DNA of 64,000 nucleotides from NCBI RefSeq assembly GCF_006345805.1, contig NC_043000.1, forward strand, positions 164,424,001-164,488,000. The letters are read 5' to 3'. Shown here piece after piece: positions 12,986-26,375 of the stretch. The position numbers and the translations under genes were made by a program. The notes beneath the pieces are model-generated. The model was not told the DNA's origin. It ran no database searches and was given only the letters and a program-made list of their open reading frames with translations. Position 1 is the first letter of the stretch. Every line of letters begins with the position of its first letter. The stretch is from Octopus sinensis. Lineage: Eukaryota.

Positions 12986-14520
12986 GCAGCACATACAAAG
13001 ACACTTTTATCTATTAATCTGTCTGTGACTCCACTGCACTTCTTATATGTCCATAGTTTACACCAGGTGCAGCGAATGAAATTTCTTCCAACTCCTTTCC
13101 TACATATTGAGCAAGGCCATTTACATGACGGAAAGAAAGTCTTATCTTCTTTCTTACTAACAACAACTTTGGACTTTGCTAGGTTAACTTTAAGGCTCTT
13201 TGATTCCAGGTTGTGTTTCCATATCAGGAAGTTCTTCTCTAATTCTGCTAAAGATTCTTCAATAAGAGCAAGGTCATCAGCATATAGCACTTCCCACGGG
13301 CACACAGTTTTGAATTCCTCTGTTATGGCTTGGAGGACTATAATGAATAAGAGTGGGCTGAGAACTGAGCCCTGGTGAACTCCTACCTTTATGCTAAATC
13401 CATTGTATTCATGGCTGACTCTCACCTTACTAACAGCACCACTGTACATGGTTTGTGCAGCTCTAACAAGCCACTCCTCTACTCCCAACTTCCTTAGGCA
13501 CCACCATATAACAGAGCAGGGAACTCAGTTGAAAATTTTCTGCAGGTCGACGAAAGCTAATTACAATGGCTTACTTTTGGTCAAGTACTTTTCCTGCAGC
13601 TGTCTCATTAGGAAGATGGCATCTGTGGTACTCTTCTCATCTAGTTTAATTCTATTCCTAATCAATTGAACTAAAACACTCTCAGTAACTTTCATGACTT
13701 GGTCTAGCAATTTAATGCCTCTGTAGTTGTTTCTGTCTCAGGCATCACCTTAACCCTTGTAGCAGCTAACTACAATACTACTACACCAGTCATTGGGGAT
13801 GGTCTTCTCCTGAATAACCTAATTAATTATACAGGTGACTAAGCTGTATCTTACACCACCGGAGATTTTAATCATCTTGGCAGTGATTCCTGGTGGCCCA
13901 TGGACTTTCCCAATCTTCATTTCCTTAATTGCCTTATCCATTATGCTGCTATCCACTCTATAGTGATGGTCACTCAATTGGTTCGATATTCAGTAAACTC
14001 TCCTTCTCACATTCATTTTCCACATTTAGTAACCTTCCATAGTGACATTTCCATGCATCTTGCTTCTCTGAGTCACTAAGTGCAAGCATACCATTATCCA
14101 TTTGCACACATTTCTCACCTGCCACATCTCTATTCTCTCTGATGCACTGCTTTGCAATCCTAAACACCTCATCCCTCTGATCCTCATGCTGTAGAACATT
14201 TGCAAATCTCTTACCTTCAGCTACTCCTTTTCCTATGTATACCTGACACCTACCTGCCCTTTTGGCTACCTCATATAATTCTCTGCTTCCACCAGTTTTC
14301 CAGTCTTGTCCTTTTGCTTTTGTGGCACTTTCAACCTCCTTGCTCCGCCACCATGTCACCTTTGGTCAAACTGGCACTCTGCACCAACCACAGATTTTGT
14401 CCGTAGCCCTCAATAAATTATCCTCTAAGCTATATGTTCCCAACTCTTCCTCTCTTTTGTCAGAAGCATCCATTAGTAAATCTCTAAATTTTTCATTCTG
14501 TTTTACTAAGATTCTTTAAA
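12986..14520 (-). mobile_element. RTE-clade LINE, RT region (degenerate)
   Basis: GVHQGSVLSPLLF, LYADDLAL, upstream TWWR.KEV and AWKCHYGRLLNVEN. Confidence 0.9.
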
Positions 14521-14807
14521 TGGTAAATACACACACATGTATATCATCATCATTTTTAGCAACATTTGATGTCCATTTCCCATGCTGGTATGGGTTGGGT
14601 GGCTTGACAAGAACTGGCAAAGCCAGGAGCCACGCCAGCTTCCATACTCTGGTTTGGTTTTTATGGTTGGATGCCCTTCCTAATGCCAACCACTTTGCAG
14701 AGTGCACTGGGTGCTTTTTATGTGGCACTTTGGTTTTAGGATTTCAATTCTGTCGTGGGCTCTAAATTGAGATCCTAAAACCAAGGCGCTACATAAATAT
14801 ATATACA

Positions 14808-15075
14808 CGCTGAGAGTTGCTGAAGCATGGAACAAACTGCCGGCATCAGTTGTTAGTTGTCGGAGCACTGCATCCTTCAAAACTTGCATACTTCCTGAGA
14901 TTCGCCAACACTACACCTGATTTTCTCCCCTCCATACACACACAAGCATGTATATGACTCATACATTGTTCGCTTTCCAGACATTTCTACATTACTGCAT
15001 GTACTTTATATGCACTTTCTGACAAGTTGTGGTGCACCTGAGCACTGTATACAATAATTTCATTATTATTATTAT
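14808..15075 (+). mobile_element. CR1/L2-type LINE 3' end (same family as 17059-17480)
   Basis: Near-identical to the reverse complement of ~17060-17337; (ATT)n tail. Confidence 0.85.
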
Positions 15076-15335
15076 TTATATATATAATATAAATAATATA
15101 TAAATATATGCATCTATACATACATATATGTACATACCTACATATATATGTATATATACATGCATATATGGGTACAGGACATCAAAGAAATAACATAGAA
15201 AAACAAACTTTTTTTCGAACAACGATAAAAACAAACAGAAACGAACATGCAACATAAAGAATATTCCCCTTCATCAGTTGTCCCTGTTTCATCTACTCCG
15301 CAATTCGAAGGCAAGGACAATACGCGACTTCGTTG

Positions 15336-15374
<39 letters not shown>

Positions 15375-15959
15375 TGGGGGATGATATGAGTGCCAACCAA
15401 ATGTTGGACATCCTCTCTCTTTCCAGCTGTCATATCCTGGCTCTTCTGTTGGATCAAGAGTGAGATGACTGAAAGGATGTCTTTGTCTGCTCATGACTAT
15501 ACAGGCACCTAAAACAATTAATGAAAGCATGGTATATGCTATGAAGTCATACTCACTTGTCAGTGATAACTATAGCTGAGTAGTATTATGGGAAATTACC
15601 GTAAGGAATTTCTCTTGCCTGGATATTATCTTCCCTTCCCATAAAATAAGTTGTAAATTTTATTGACTGATTGCATTCAGGTATCCCTTGTACCTGATTT
15701 GGATTAAACTTGAAATTTTGCGGGAGGGTAATAGTTGATTACATCAACCCCAGTATGCAACTGGTACTTATTTCATTGACCCCCCCCCCCCCGCACACAC
15801 ACACACACAAAAAGGCTGAAAGACAGTCAAGCTCAGTGGGATTTGAACTCAGGACATAAAGCCAGAAGAAATGTTATGAAGCATTGTGTCTGGCATGCTA
15901 ATGATTCTGCCAGCTCATTGCTGCCTAATATTTTGATTAAACAATAATTTATTGGTAGG

Positions 15960-16740
15960 AGAAATGTGTTAGCAAGCATTCGAAAGCAAGCTGTCTTAAT
16001 TTAAAAAGTGAAACATCAAATGCAATTTTCATAATTGAAAAGTTTATTAGCTTCGTTTTTCATTGCTAGCATCTCAATTGTACATCTTCTCTTGGCAGTG
16101 AATTTGAAGATCAAAGTCTGTGTGCATATATATGATGGCATTTTACTGTTTTTCTTACTTAATTGTTGCACTTTAAACCCTTGTAATAACCACATATTAC
16201 ATGGAAACAATACAATGATAGTCAATAACTTCTGTTTCCATTGCATATGAAAGCAATAAAAGCCCCCTACCCCTCCCTCCGGATTGCAGTTAAGAAGAAT
16301 TTTCAATTAATGTTGGTATCTTGTCTTGGATATTAATTGCTACATTGACCTTCTACCATACAAGTAAAATTTGAGTTATCTGTTCCACAGATATCATGTC
16401 CCTTATCTTCCTTGACTAAACTGTTAGGATTTGATGATTGTGGATTATTTGGATTTAGCAGTTCAAAACTAACAATTTTATCAATCACTGGCAATGAGGC
16501 ACCCCTCTTTTTTGAAATTCAGTACAATCCAAATAAGCAACAACCTGTTCAATTATAAAAGATTTTTATTTCTTACACTATTTTCTGTTACTTCAGCTTA
16601 AAAAACAGTTACTGCAATATATTTCTTTTTACTGTTGCAAGTCTATTTATCAAACTTCACACCATAGCCAGCCATTGCATCTTGGTAGCATATGGTCGTG
16701 ATCGCGCGTGCGCGCGAAAGAAAGTTGGACTCAACACGTT
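15960..16740 (-). pseudogene. Old, degenerate Helitron Rep-domain relic
   Basis: Minus-strand translation across stops and frameshifts gives CYQDAMA...VKFDK, VVAYLDCTEFQKRGVPHC (16544-16491), IDKIVSFELLNP and GHDICG...CMVEGQCSN*YPR, in the order expected for Helitron Rep. Confidence 0.75.
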
Positions 16741-17058
16741 TTGTTGAAGTTACATGTATTTAAAACCATTTGACACTATCTTTGAATTTCAGATTAGGAC
16801 CTAATCATTAGGTGAACGCGTCCTATGCCCACGAAACTTTAATGAATGTGATAAGTCAAACTAACGTGTGTGTATAAGTTCGTTGCTTAATGTCGGACGC
16901 ATTAGAAAGGAGTGTTCAGTACATACAGAAGATTTTTTTTTCAATTTAAACTGAAGCAGAGATTTTATCTTGCGACTTGAGTTCCAGTTTTAATATTTAA
17001 AAAATATCACATACATGCACACCATTTGACAAATTATAAATCTTCTCATTGTCGCCAT

Positions 17059-17480
17059 ATAATAATAATAATAATAATAATGAAAGTATTGTATACAGTG
17101 CTCAGGTGCACCACAACTTGTCAGAAAGTGCATATAAAGTGTATGCAGTAATGTAGAAATGTCTGGAAAGCGAACAATGCATGAGTCAGATACATGCTTG
17201 TGTGTGTATGGAGAGGAGAAAATCAGGTGTAGTGTTGGCGAATCTCAGGAAGCATGGAAGTTTTGAAGGATGCAGTGCTCCGACAACTAACAACTGATGC
17301 TGGCAGTTTGTTCCATGCTTCAGCAACTCTCAGCGTGAAAAAATGTTTCCTGAAGTCATGGGAGCTGTGCTGTTTTCTGACTTTGTAAATATGTCCACGG
17401 GTGTTAGATGGGTGGAGTTTGAAAAGGTGCTCAAAGTTATTGTTTGTGAGATGGTTGATAATTTTATGGGTGTCTGCCAA
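17059..17480 (-). mobile_element. CR1/L2-type LINE 3' end
   Basis: NTRGHIYKVRKQ...RKHFFTLRVAEAWNKLPASVV...SFK plus (ATT)n tail. Confidence 0.85.
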
Positions 17481-17992
17481 AGTTTCCAAAGTTTGTGGCA
17501 CATTGAAAGCAGATCGAAACACGACATTTACTGCATTCAACCCATCTGTTTCGGAAGGAATTTTCGAGTTTTGTGCATAGATGACAGATGTGGTTTGCCG
17601 GGCAACGTTCTATACTCGAGCGAATTTATTTTCTGTAACACTGCGTAAACAAAAATTGACCTTCATATGCAAGAAAATAAACGTCAAAAATATTTTCCAC
17701 CCTCACTCACAGATGACATAAGGGAAATAACTTTTATAAGATGTTTCACAGTTTTCTCCTATTTAATTTTATTAAGATCGTATTAAGTCGTTATTGTAAA
17801 CTTAAAGGACTAAATGCTTGCAGTATTTAGTTACATTTCTTTACGTTGTAAATTCTTGTGGAATCGATAAAATAGTTCTTTTCTTTAAAGTGTATGCGTG
17901 TTTAAAATTTTTCTTTTATCGAAGAAAAACTGAAGAAAAGGACATTTGTATTGAAGTATTTTATTGCTCAGGTGATTGACTACTGATAGTAA

Positions 17993-18382
17993 TCTATTTA
18001 TGTATAAAGCTGAAGTTGACTGTGTATGGCAGGTTTGGTAGCCTTCAACTAACACTATCTCCTCCGAGACCCTGCGGCGCAAGTTGACCAAAATTGAGAG
18101 TATGATAGAAGGCTTGCTCTTCCTTCTGTAGAAGAAAAAATTCAAATTGGACCATGTTAACACCAAAAATTATTTAAATCAAATAGGTGCTTTTTTACTA
18201 TGAAAATCCCTATTTTTTACGATTTTTTTCACTGCTGTGTCGCCATTTTTCGGTGTATTTCAACTAGAAAAATGTTCACTCACAGAGAATAACAAGCTAC
18301 ATAATGCAAAATTTTTACTTTTCAAAAATTCCAATTCTAAAGGGTCGAAACAAACCCGAGCAACGCCTGGCGATACTGCTAG
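17993..18382 (+). mobile_element. Non-autonomous Helitron (~390 bp)
   Basis: Starts A|TC tctatttatgtataaagctgaag. Ends cccgagcaacgcctggcgatactgctag, closely matching the 3' end of the 38987-45116 element (cccgggcaacgccgggctatgctgctag). Confidence 0.75.
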
Positions 18383-18841
18383 CAACATATAATGCTGGTA
18401 TAACAATGTCGAGTTCTATTAATGATAGGATATGGTGCATCAAAACAATGGAAGTGTAACAGGTTATGTTACGGTTGATCTGTTCAAGTAACATAACCTG
18501 TTACTGGAAAAAAACTATTGATAAATGTCAATAGTTGAGTAAATATATGTACATACACAGAATTGAAGCTCTTGAACAATCGGATATAGTTATAATGTCT
18601 CGGTTGAAAATATCGTTTTCGTAATATATAGGAAATATCCACTTTTCCATGATCACATGGATCAGGCAGATTTTGTACAGCCGGATGCCCTTCCCATTGC
18701 CATCTCTCACCTGTTTCCAAGTAAGGTAGCCCAGACATGATTACAAGAAAGAAATAAACAACACCTCTTGTATGACAGTAATACTCGCTTACAACTGTTA
18801 TCCGATGTAAATGCAAGGAGACAGTAAAACACACGCATATA

Positions 18842-18930
18842 CAGGATGAGTCAAAAGTAGCGCCCAATTCCTGTTTTGGGGTTGATATGTATGAATTCCC
18901 AGAAACTGGGTGCTACTTTAGACTCATCTG
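18842..18930. mobile_element. Tiny Tc1/mariner-type MITE (near-hairpin, 89 bp)
   Basis: TA|caggatgagtcaaaagtagcgccca ... tgggtgctactttagactcatctg|TA. Confidence 0.7.
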
Positions 18931-18939
18931 TATATATAT

Positions 18940-21520
18940 CGTCATCACCATCCTTTAATGCCCGTTTTCCATGCTGGAATGTGTTGGACGATCTGGGAAG
19001 CTGTACCAAGTTCCAGTTTGATTTGGCTTGTTTTTTACAGCTGGATGTCCTTTCTAACGCAAACCACTTTACAGTGTGCGCTAGGTACTCTTAACGTGTG
19101 GCTTGCACGAGTGCTTTTCACGTAACACTGGTATATGGTCCTTGCAGGCCACTTCTCTTCATCAGGAGATGCGGTCTTAACACTTCTGCTGTGGAGGACG
19201 GGTCTTCTTGAGTGCAGCAAGGTGCCAGGTATCTTAGTCCTTTGTCATCTCGTCCGAAAGGTTCGGCGTTCTGAGGTCGTCCTTCAGTACTTCGTCCCAT
19301 GGTTTTCCTTGGTCCTTTTCTTCCCCGAGTTCCATCCACTCTGAGTAAATGGCACTTCTTTATGCAGCTGTCAGCATCCATCCACATCACATGACCAAAC
19401 CAGCGTAGTTTTCTCTCTTGCACACAGCGTCTTAACTCTCTTATACCTGACTTCTCTCTCTATACACTGACTCGCTGTTGCAGGTGTACATTTATATTAG
19501 TCATCCATCGGAGCTTACTAGTCCCATTCCTCTATTGCCTTCGCATGTCCTTTGCATTCAGGGCCCACCCCTCACTACCATGTAGAATTGCTGTTCGTAG
19601 GCATGCAAAGAAGTGGGGGTACTTTGTCGTACATGCACATTGATGTTTGTTATCCATCGTAACACACTCGCTTCATTTCTCTCTAGTCTACACATGTCTT
19701 CTACTTTCAGAGCCCATGTCTCACTAACATGAAGTCTAGCTGTTCATTCACAAGCGTCATACCATCTGCCTTTCATTCCCGCCAACGCCGGATAAAAGCT
19801 CCCTCAACCTCCTCCATCCCATTCTTATTCTAACATCAGCACTTTCGGAAAATCTCCCACCACTAATTTGCTAACTTGGTCACCTAAGTAACCAAAACTA
19901 TCTACCACCTCAAGGGAGCTTCCTGAGCATTTGAGAGAGTTTAATTCCCGTGTGTCCTTAGAGTTTATTCTTCCTGCTCATCTGTCACATACAATGACAA
20001 CTTTCTCTGTTAACCTTCCTGTGATGCCACTGCACCTCTTATCTGTCCATAACTTGCACTGGGTGCAAAGAATGGAATTTCTACCAACACCTTTCCTACA
20101 TTTTGAGCAAGGTTATTTACCTGACGGAAAGAGAATTTTATGTGGGCCCTTTGATTCCCTGTTTTGCTTCTGTACCTAAAATTTCTTCTCCTATTCTGTT
20201 ACTAATTTTGTAATAAGAACGAGGTCATCAGCATATAGTAGTTCCCTCGAGAGCCATTTTTAAATGCAACTGTTAAGGCCTGGAGGACTATGGAGGAACA
20301 AGAATGGACTGAAAATTGAACCCTGTTGAACCCCTGCTTTTTCATCATTGTATTCATAACCGACTTTCACTCTACTAATAACACAGCTATACATGGCTTG
20401 TGCAGCTCTAACAAGCCACTCATCTACTCCTAACTTTCTTAGAGACCACCAGATATCTGGGCTAGAGATTCTGTCAAAAGTTTTCTCCAGGCCAATGAAA
20501 GCCAAGTACAATGGTTTACTTTTGACCAGGTATTTCTCTTGAACTCGTCTCACTAGGAAGATGACATCTGTGCTAATGACTTGTAGGTACGCGGTATTTC
20601 ATTATGCAACCATAATATACTATAAAGCATATTAAACGTTTTTATAAGCCAATACTGTGTTTGCAGTGCCCTTTACATTACTTATTAGGGTTATCTCTAC
20701 AGACTTTGCTATAGAAATTATGCTGGATATAATTTCTATAGAATGTATGTTGATATAACCTTAACAAATGATAACATCTATAGTATCTTCCCAGATACAA
20801 AACTAAATTGCATCTCATCTAGTTTAATTCTATTCCTAATCAATTGAGTTATAAGTCTCTCTAAATTTCATGATCTGATCCAGCACTTATATACCTCCCT
20901 ACTTGTTTTATCTGAGGCATTATCTTTACCCTTGTAGCAGATAACTATAATACTACTACGCCTTCCTGGATAACCTGATTAACTATGCAAGTAACTAGGC
21001 CGTATCCTACTCCATCAAATATTTTAAACATCTCAACGGTAATTCCTGATGGTTCAGAAGCTTTCCCAGTCTTCATATCCTTAATTGCATTATTTATCAT
21101 ACTGCTGTCAATTTATGGCTGGCCCTTCAGTTGGTTCTATATTTGGAAATCTCTCCTTCCCTACATTTTCCACATTTAGCAACCATTCATAGCAGCACTT
21201 ACATGCATTTTTCCTCTCTGAATCTCTAAGTGCAAGCATACCATTATTCATTTGCACACATTTCTCACCTACAACAAATCTATTCTCTCTAATACACTGT
21301 TTTGTAATCTTGAACACTTCAGGCTGTAGAACATTGGCAAACTTTTAAACTTCTGCTGTTCTTTTTTCTATGCAAATCTGTCGTCTAGCTTCCCTTCTGG
21401 TTACTCGATATAATTCTCTACTTCCACCAATTTTCCAGTCTTTCTAGGCCTTTCACTTTGCCTTTATGACGCTGTCAACCTCCTTGTTCCACCACCATGG
21501 CACTCTCGACCTGGCTGGGA
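18940..21520 (-). mobile_element. RTE-clade LINE, fragmented, with a ~240-bp unrelated insert near 20575-20810
   Basis: RKLRWFGHV, QQGSIFSP, YADDL (20221-20237), FGYLGDQ, PLYLAFIGLEKTFDR. Confidence 0.85.
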
Positions 21521-23779
21521 CTTACACAGACTCATTTGAGTGACAAGTTGTTCTTATTGTTGAGCAGCCTTAACCCAGTCCCAATCGATACTCGGCCAAA
21601 TGATGAGGTGCCGCTCATTGATCCATTTCCTCAATTATGCTTGCTGAAGACGACCGTACGGCACACTCCGATACGCAGTGGTCGCTTATTTTCAGGTTTC
21701 ACTCTCTACAATAACCAATCTATACCAGTAACTCCATAGATTATAGTGCTAGCCATACCGTAAACGTTATGAACAGGATCACAATTCGCCCCATGATTTA
21801 ACTCTAACTGAAACTTGGATAGAACCCGTATATTGAAAGACACTGTAGATGTGAAAATTAAATCACAGATATATTCTAATAAAAAGCTGGCAGGGAGCAG
21901 ATCATAAAAGGATCGATAATAGTGGGGCCAAACTAATTAGACAGTGTTTATTTTTATAGTTTAGGAAGAGCAACACTAACGACATTTTTGACAGGACCTT
22001 CTAGAATAGGAGACAAGGAGGGAGATCTTATATTTTTCAACCCAGAAGCTTGCTTCAAGTTCTTGCAGTAGAATCACCTCCGTTGAAGGTACACAAGGGT
22101 CAGGTGATGGTATCAAATTAGATGGTGGATGACGACGTTTGCGAAGTTATTAGATAATCCCTTCCCGCATTTAGTCTGGTTCTGTGTTAATTAGGCAAAA
22201 AAAATGGCTCAGAACCACTGAACTAACCTCTTCAAGATTTTAATCTAGAACGGCTCATTGTTGTAGAATATGGAAAATGGATTCAATTCTAAAGCAGATT
22301 GTTTTCCATCCAGTATTATAACTATACGGTAGACCACCTCTAATACGTAAGAGTTATACACTCTCATTAACTATCATACATATAGATATGAGCATTCAAG
22401 AGGGGGTGAGTCTACGATAACAGAATTTTTTACCGTACTCACTTTAATCATGTGAAAATCATTCGTGAGTATGAAATATCTAATTTGAATTACATTAACC
22501 AAGATGTGCTTTATTTTAAGAATGTCAGATAAGGAAGATTAGGTTGCTCTTTCTAGCATGTCGAGCAAGGTTCATTGAACGTTTATGATACCAATGTCTT
22601 TGGTTTCAGTTTTCTGCCAAGGCCCACGGACACAGTCCTTTTCTCAAGACAAAAGTATTAAGAAAAAAAAAAAAAACAAGGAAAAGGCAGAAGTCATAAA
22701 CGTCATGACTAGTATTATTTAAATTATTTCCAAGGTAATCATTTGACAGAATCGTTAGAGCATCGGACAAAACCCCTTGGCGCATTTGGTCTGGTTCTGT
22801 ATGTTCTTACTTCAAATCCTACGGGGATCACCTTTTCTTCCATTTTACTGGATTTGATAAAATAATGTACCATTCAACTACCGATGTTGATGTAATCTAC
22901 TAATCTCCTTACAAATTCCAGGCTTTCTGTCAAGATATGTTTTAGTATTAGGTGTGTGCATAATAAACGATCTGGTATTGAAACATTACTAGCTTTGTTC
23001 TATGCTTGATGTTGAAAAACGTTAAATGAGGGAAGTGAACGCAGCCGCATGACCTACTAAAATTAACAGCCAAATATCTCTCAAAGTACATCCTACTTTA
23101 AAACCGTTCTTTGGGTCCAGGTTTCTTGGTGGTGTATTTTGGGTTAAAATCATTGCAGCGATTGCAAATTGGATGCCATCTACATATGAGGCTGTGTATA
23201 TGTTTTGTGGAGATGTAGGAATGCCGTCTGCATGTACTTTGAAAAAGGCGGATGAGAAGATGAATCCCTGTGGTACCTATTAGAGAAATCGCTTGTTCTG
23301 GAAATGTTTTTCTTCTGCACAACATATGCTTGCTGACCTTACAGATTGTTGCAAGCTAGTGTTTAATGTTATGGATATTTAATCCCGTATCAACCTTGAT
23401 CGAGATGGCCTATGATCAAAAGCATAACAGCCTTGACCATTCCGTTGTTTCCTATATGAAGGGAATTTGAAGACATTATCTAATATTTCCAGAGAAATCG
23501 AGTATTTTTTGTATAAATAAATAGCAGGGAATGAATGGTATAGAAAACTTTGTTGATGTTAGTTTTTTTCCCCTTTGTGTTAGTATTTTTTAACCACCGG
23601 TATCCACAACAGAATGATGGGTCTATATGATGTTACTTCATTTACAGTATTGTACGTTTTAGAATTATTATCATCCACCACCTAGATTTTAATAATTTTG
23701 ACAATGTTTGAACGAACAATCTGAAGAGTACGTTGAATCCTTCAGACTCTAAAATGCTTTTCAATATATATATATATAG

Positions 23780-24190
23780 AAGGTGGTGAGCCGGCCGAAT
23801 CGGTAGCACAACGGGCGAAATGTTTAGCGCCATTTCGTCCATCTCCACGTTCTGAGTTCAAATTTCGCCGAGGTCTGTTTTGCCTTTCATCCTTCTTGGA
23901 TCGATAAAATAAGTACCAGTTACGCACTGGGGATCAATGTAATTGACTTAACCTCATTCTCGAACGCTTGATCTTTTGCCAAAATTTGAAGCCAACATAA
24001 TTAAAATGTGGAGCGCTAGTAGAATCGTTAGTACGCCTGGCAAAATGCTTAGCGGCATTTCGTCCGTCTTTACATTCCGAGTTCGAATTCCGGTGAGGTC
24101 GACAAAAATAAGTACCAACTGGGCACTGCGATCAATGTCATCGACTTACCCCATCTCCTAAAATTGCTAGCCTTTTGCCAAAATTTGAAA
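23780..24190 (+). mobile_element. Two tandem family-3 SINE copies
   Basis: gaatcg(g/t)tag..cg..gg.aaaatg.ttagcg.catttcgtcc...gagttc.aatt...gaggtc; gcctttcatcctt...gataaaataagtaccag. Confidence 0.75.
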
Positions 24191-24908
24191 ACCACACAGC
24201 TATATCATGGACTCTCTCGTTAGACGACCTATTAGGGTTCTGCAATGATCACAGAAAACGTGAAATAAAGTGTTTTGCTTAAACACAACGCAACGCCTGG
24301 TCTGGGAATCGAAAACACGATCTCACAATATCCATCGGCTGTAAACTTATGGGCTCCGGGTTTCCTATTTTTGACCATAACGCTTTTCAATTATCAGTAC
24401 ATTAATGGTGATCTGGTCTAATAGATCTAAGTGTAAAGGTATTCCATCCATTCTCCATGAAGTGATACATCCTAAGAAAGACACATTATGAAATATGCCT
24501 ATCGTCATTGTTTTAAGATAATAGGGTTTGATAAGACGAAAAATTTAGCTCGTGTGTCTAAGTGAAGTGGAGCGTTTTATACCAAGAGGTTGTTGTCATT
24601 ACAAAAATAGTTCACAAAATAGGATAAATATTTTGCACTACTCGGAGAAAAAGAGAAGCTTAGAGACAGCTCTTCGATGTCGATCGTTTTGGAACACACA
24701 CGTGTGCCTCCTCTTGACTTTGTTTCCTCATATCTTTAAGAAAAAATTAATTATTTTTATGAAATTTTCTACAAATATCTTTTAAGTGGTGTAGATTACG
24801 ATTATATTGGAATTTAATGTGAAAATAATAGATGGGTACGCATATACATACACACATCATTATATATATATATGTATGTATGTATATATATACATATATA
24901 TATTTAAA

Positions 24909-25565
24909 TAGGCGCAGGAGTGGATGTGTGGTTCAGTCCCACCTTGGGCAAGTGTCTTCTACTATAGCACCGGGCCGATTAAAGCGCGAGTGGATGTGGT
25001 AAACGGAAGCCCGTCACGACACAGACCATGGGATTGCACCTAGAAAGTTCCCCTCCCAGGCACAAGTCCGGGCAAGGTTGTTTATGGAAGACCAGCAGTT
25101 GCCCTTGCATACCGGCCTCCCCTCTCCACGCCACTAGTGTTATCCAAGGGAGAGGCAAAGGGGCCGATACAGCTTGGCACCAGTGATGTCGCAACTCATT
25201 TCTACAGCTGAGTGAACTGGAGCAACGTGAAATAAAGGGTCTTGCTCAAGAACACAACACGCAGCCCGATCCGGGATTCGAGCTCACAACTTTACGAGCG
25301 TAAGCTCGACGCTCTAACCACTGAGCCATGCGCCTTCACACACACACACACACACACACACACGACGATGTGTGTGTGTGTATATATATTTGTGCGTCTG
25401 TGTTTGTTTCCCAACATCGCTTGACAACCGATGCTGGTGTGTTTACGTCCCCGTAACTTAGCGGTTCGACAAAAGTGACCCATAGAATAAGTGCTAGGCT
25501 TACAAAGAATGAGTCCTGGGGACGATTTGTTCGACTAAAAGGCGGTGCTCCTGCATGACTGAAAT
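24909..25565 (+). mobile_element. Family-1 SINE interrupted by an opposite-strand family-2 SINE (~25016-25335)
   Basis: Head at 24909-25015 and tail at ~25365-25565 match the other family-1 copies. The insert matches 575-890 and 60845-61170. Confidence 0.8.
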
Positions 25566-26209
25566 ATATATATCATATATATAAAATGAAACATTACTTT
25601 TTGAAAAAATTGTGGCCTATGTCAGTATGATGTGTGCGCGCCCATCAATATTTTTTTTTCCACATTAAATTCGGATATAATTGTAATCTCCACCATCTGA
25701 AAGGTATTTGTAGAAAATTTTCACACTTGGGTGTGTAGCCGGTTATTGTCAACAAATGGTGCTGAATAAATAGACTGAGTGTTGTAGGAAAGATTTAAAA
25801 AAGAAATTCAACGAGGAGGTAATAAATTTTTGCGAGAAAGTACCTGTCAAAAGCCGCATAAGGCACTTTATTTTGCATTATCCAAGATGTGCTTTTTTTT
25901 TAACACGATAGAGTGTTAAATGAAGGCAATTAGGTTACTTTTTCTAGCATGTCAAGCAAGTTTCCAGGCACAGTCACTTCGTCAAGACGAAACTATTAAA
26001 AAAGAAATGAGAAAGGCTCTTGCGTTAGACAGTTGGCATTTGAAGATGGAACACAAAAGGGCTGATATTATCACCGCAAAGCATTTTGTGCGATGATCAA
26101 ATTGTCAAAGTGCATCGCTCTTCTGAGAAGAAGTCTGTGACGAGAGCCACAAGAAAAAAGAAAGGCGTGGCAGATTTTTCTCCCTTTAAATTTTGAATGT
26201 ACTTTTCAC

Positions 26210-26375
26210 TGTAGTATGACGTCATTGTTTCTTGCGTTCTCTCTTCTAAAGCATTTGGAGAGAGAAAGTAAAAGTTTGTAAAACCCGTGAATTCTTTTAC
26301 TTTTTTAGCCATTTATATAAAGTACTGAACCAGTTACTGGACCGGCTAGCTGGGGACGGCCGGAAGTGTCACTGA
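26210..26375. promoter_or_regulatory. Promoter-like motif cluster (full CRE TGACGTCA 26217-26224; ETS-type CCGGAAGT near 26360)
   Basis: Both motifs are seen directly, in unique CpG-retaining sequence ~1.3 kb upstream of the candidate first exon. Confidence 0.35.

Noticed and set aside
15255-15310. CTGATGA and GAAAC on the minus strand as a hammerhead
   Set aside because: The order and spacing do not allow stems I-III.
16700-16790. E2F site (TTTCGCGC on the minus strand, 16712-16719) plus TTTGAA as a cell-cycle promoter
   Set aside because: It overlaps the Helitron Rep relic and no linked exon was found. Exaptation cannot be excluded but is unsupported.
26097-26312. 71-aa minus-strand ORF next to the ETS motif as a divergent gene
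   Set aside because: No recognisable domain or convincing donor; it may be UTR or chance.
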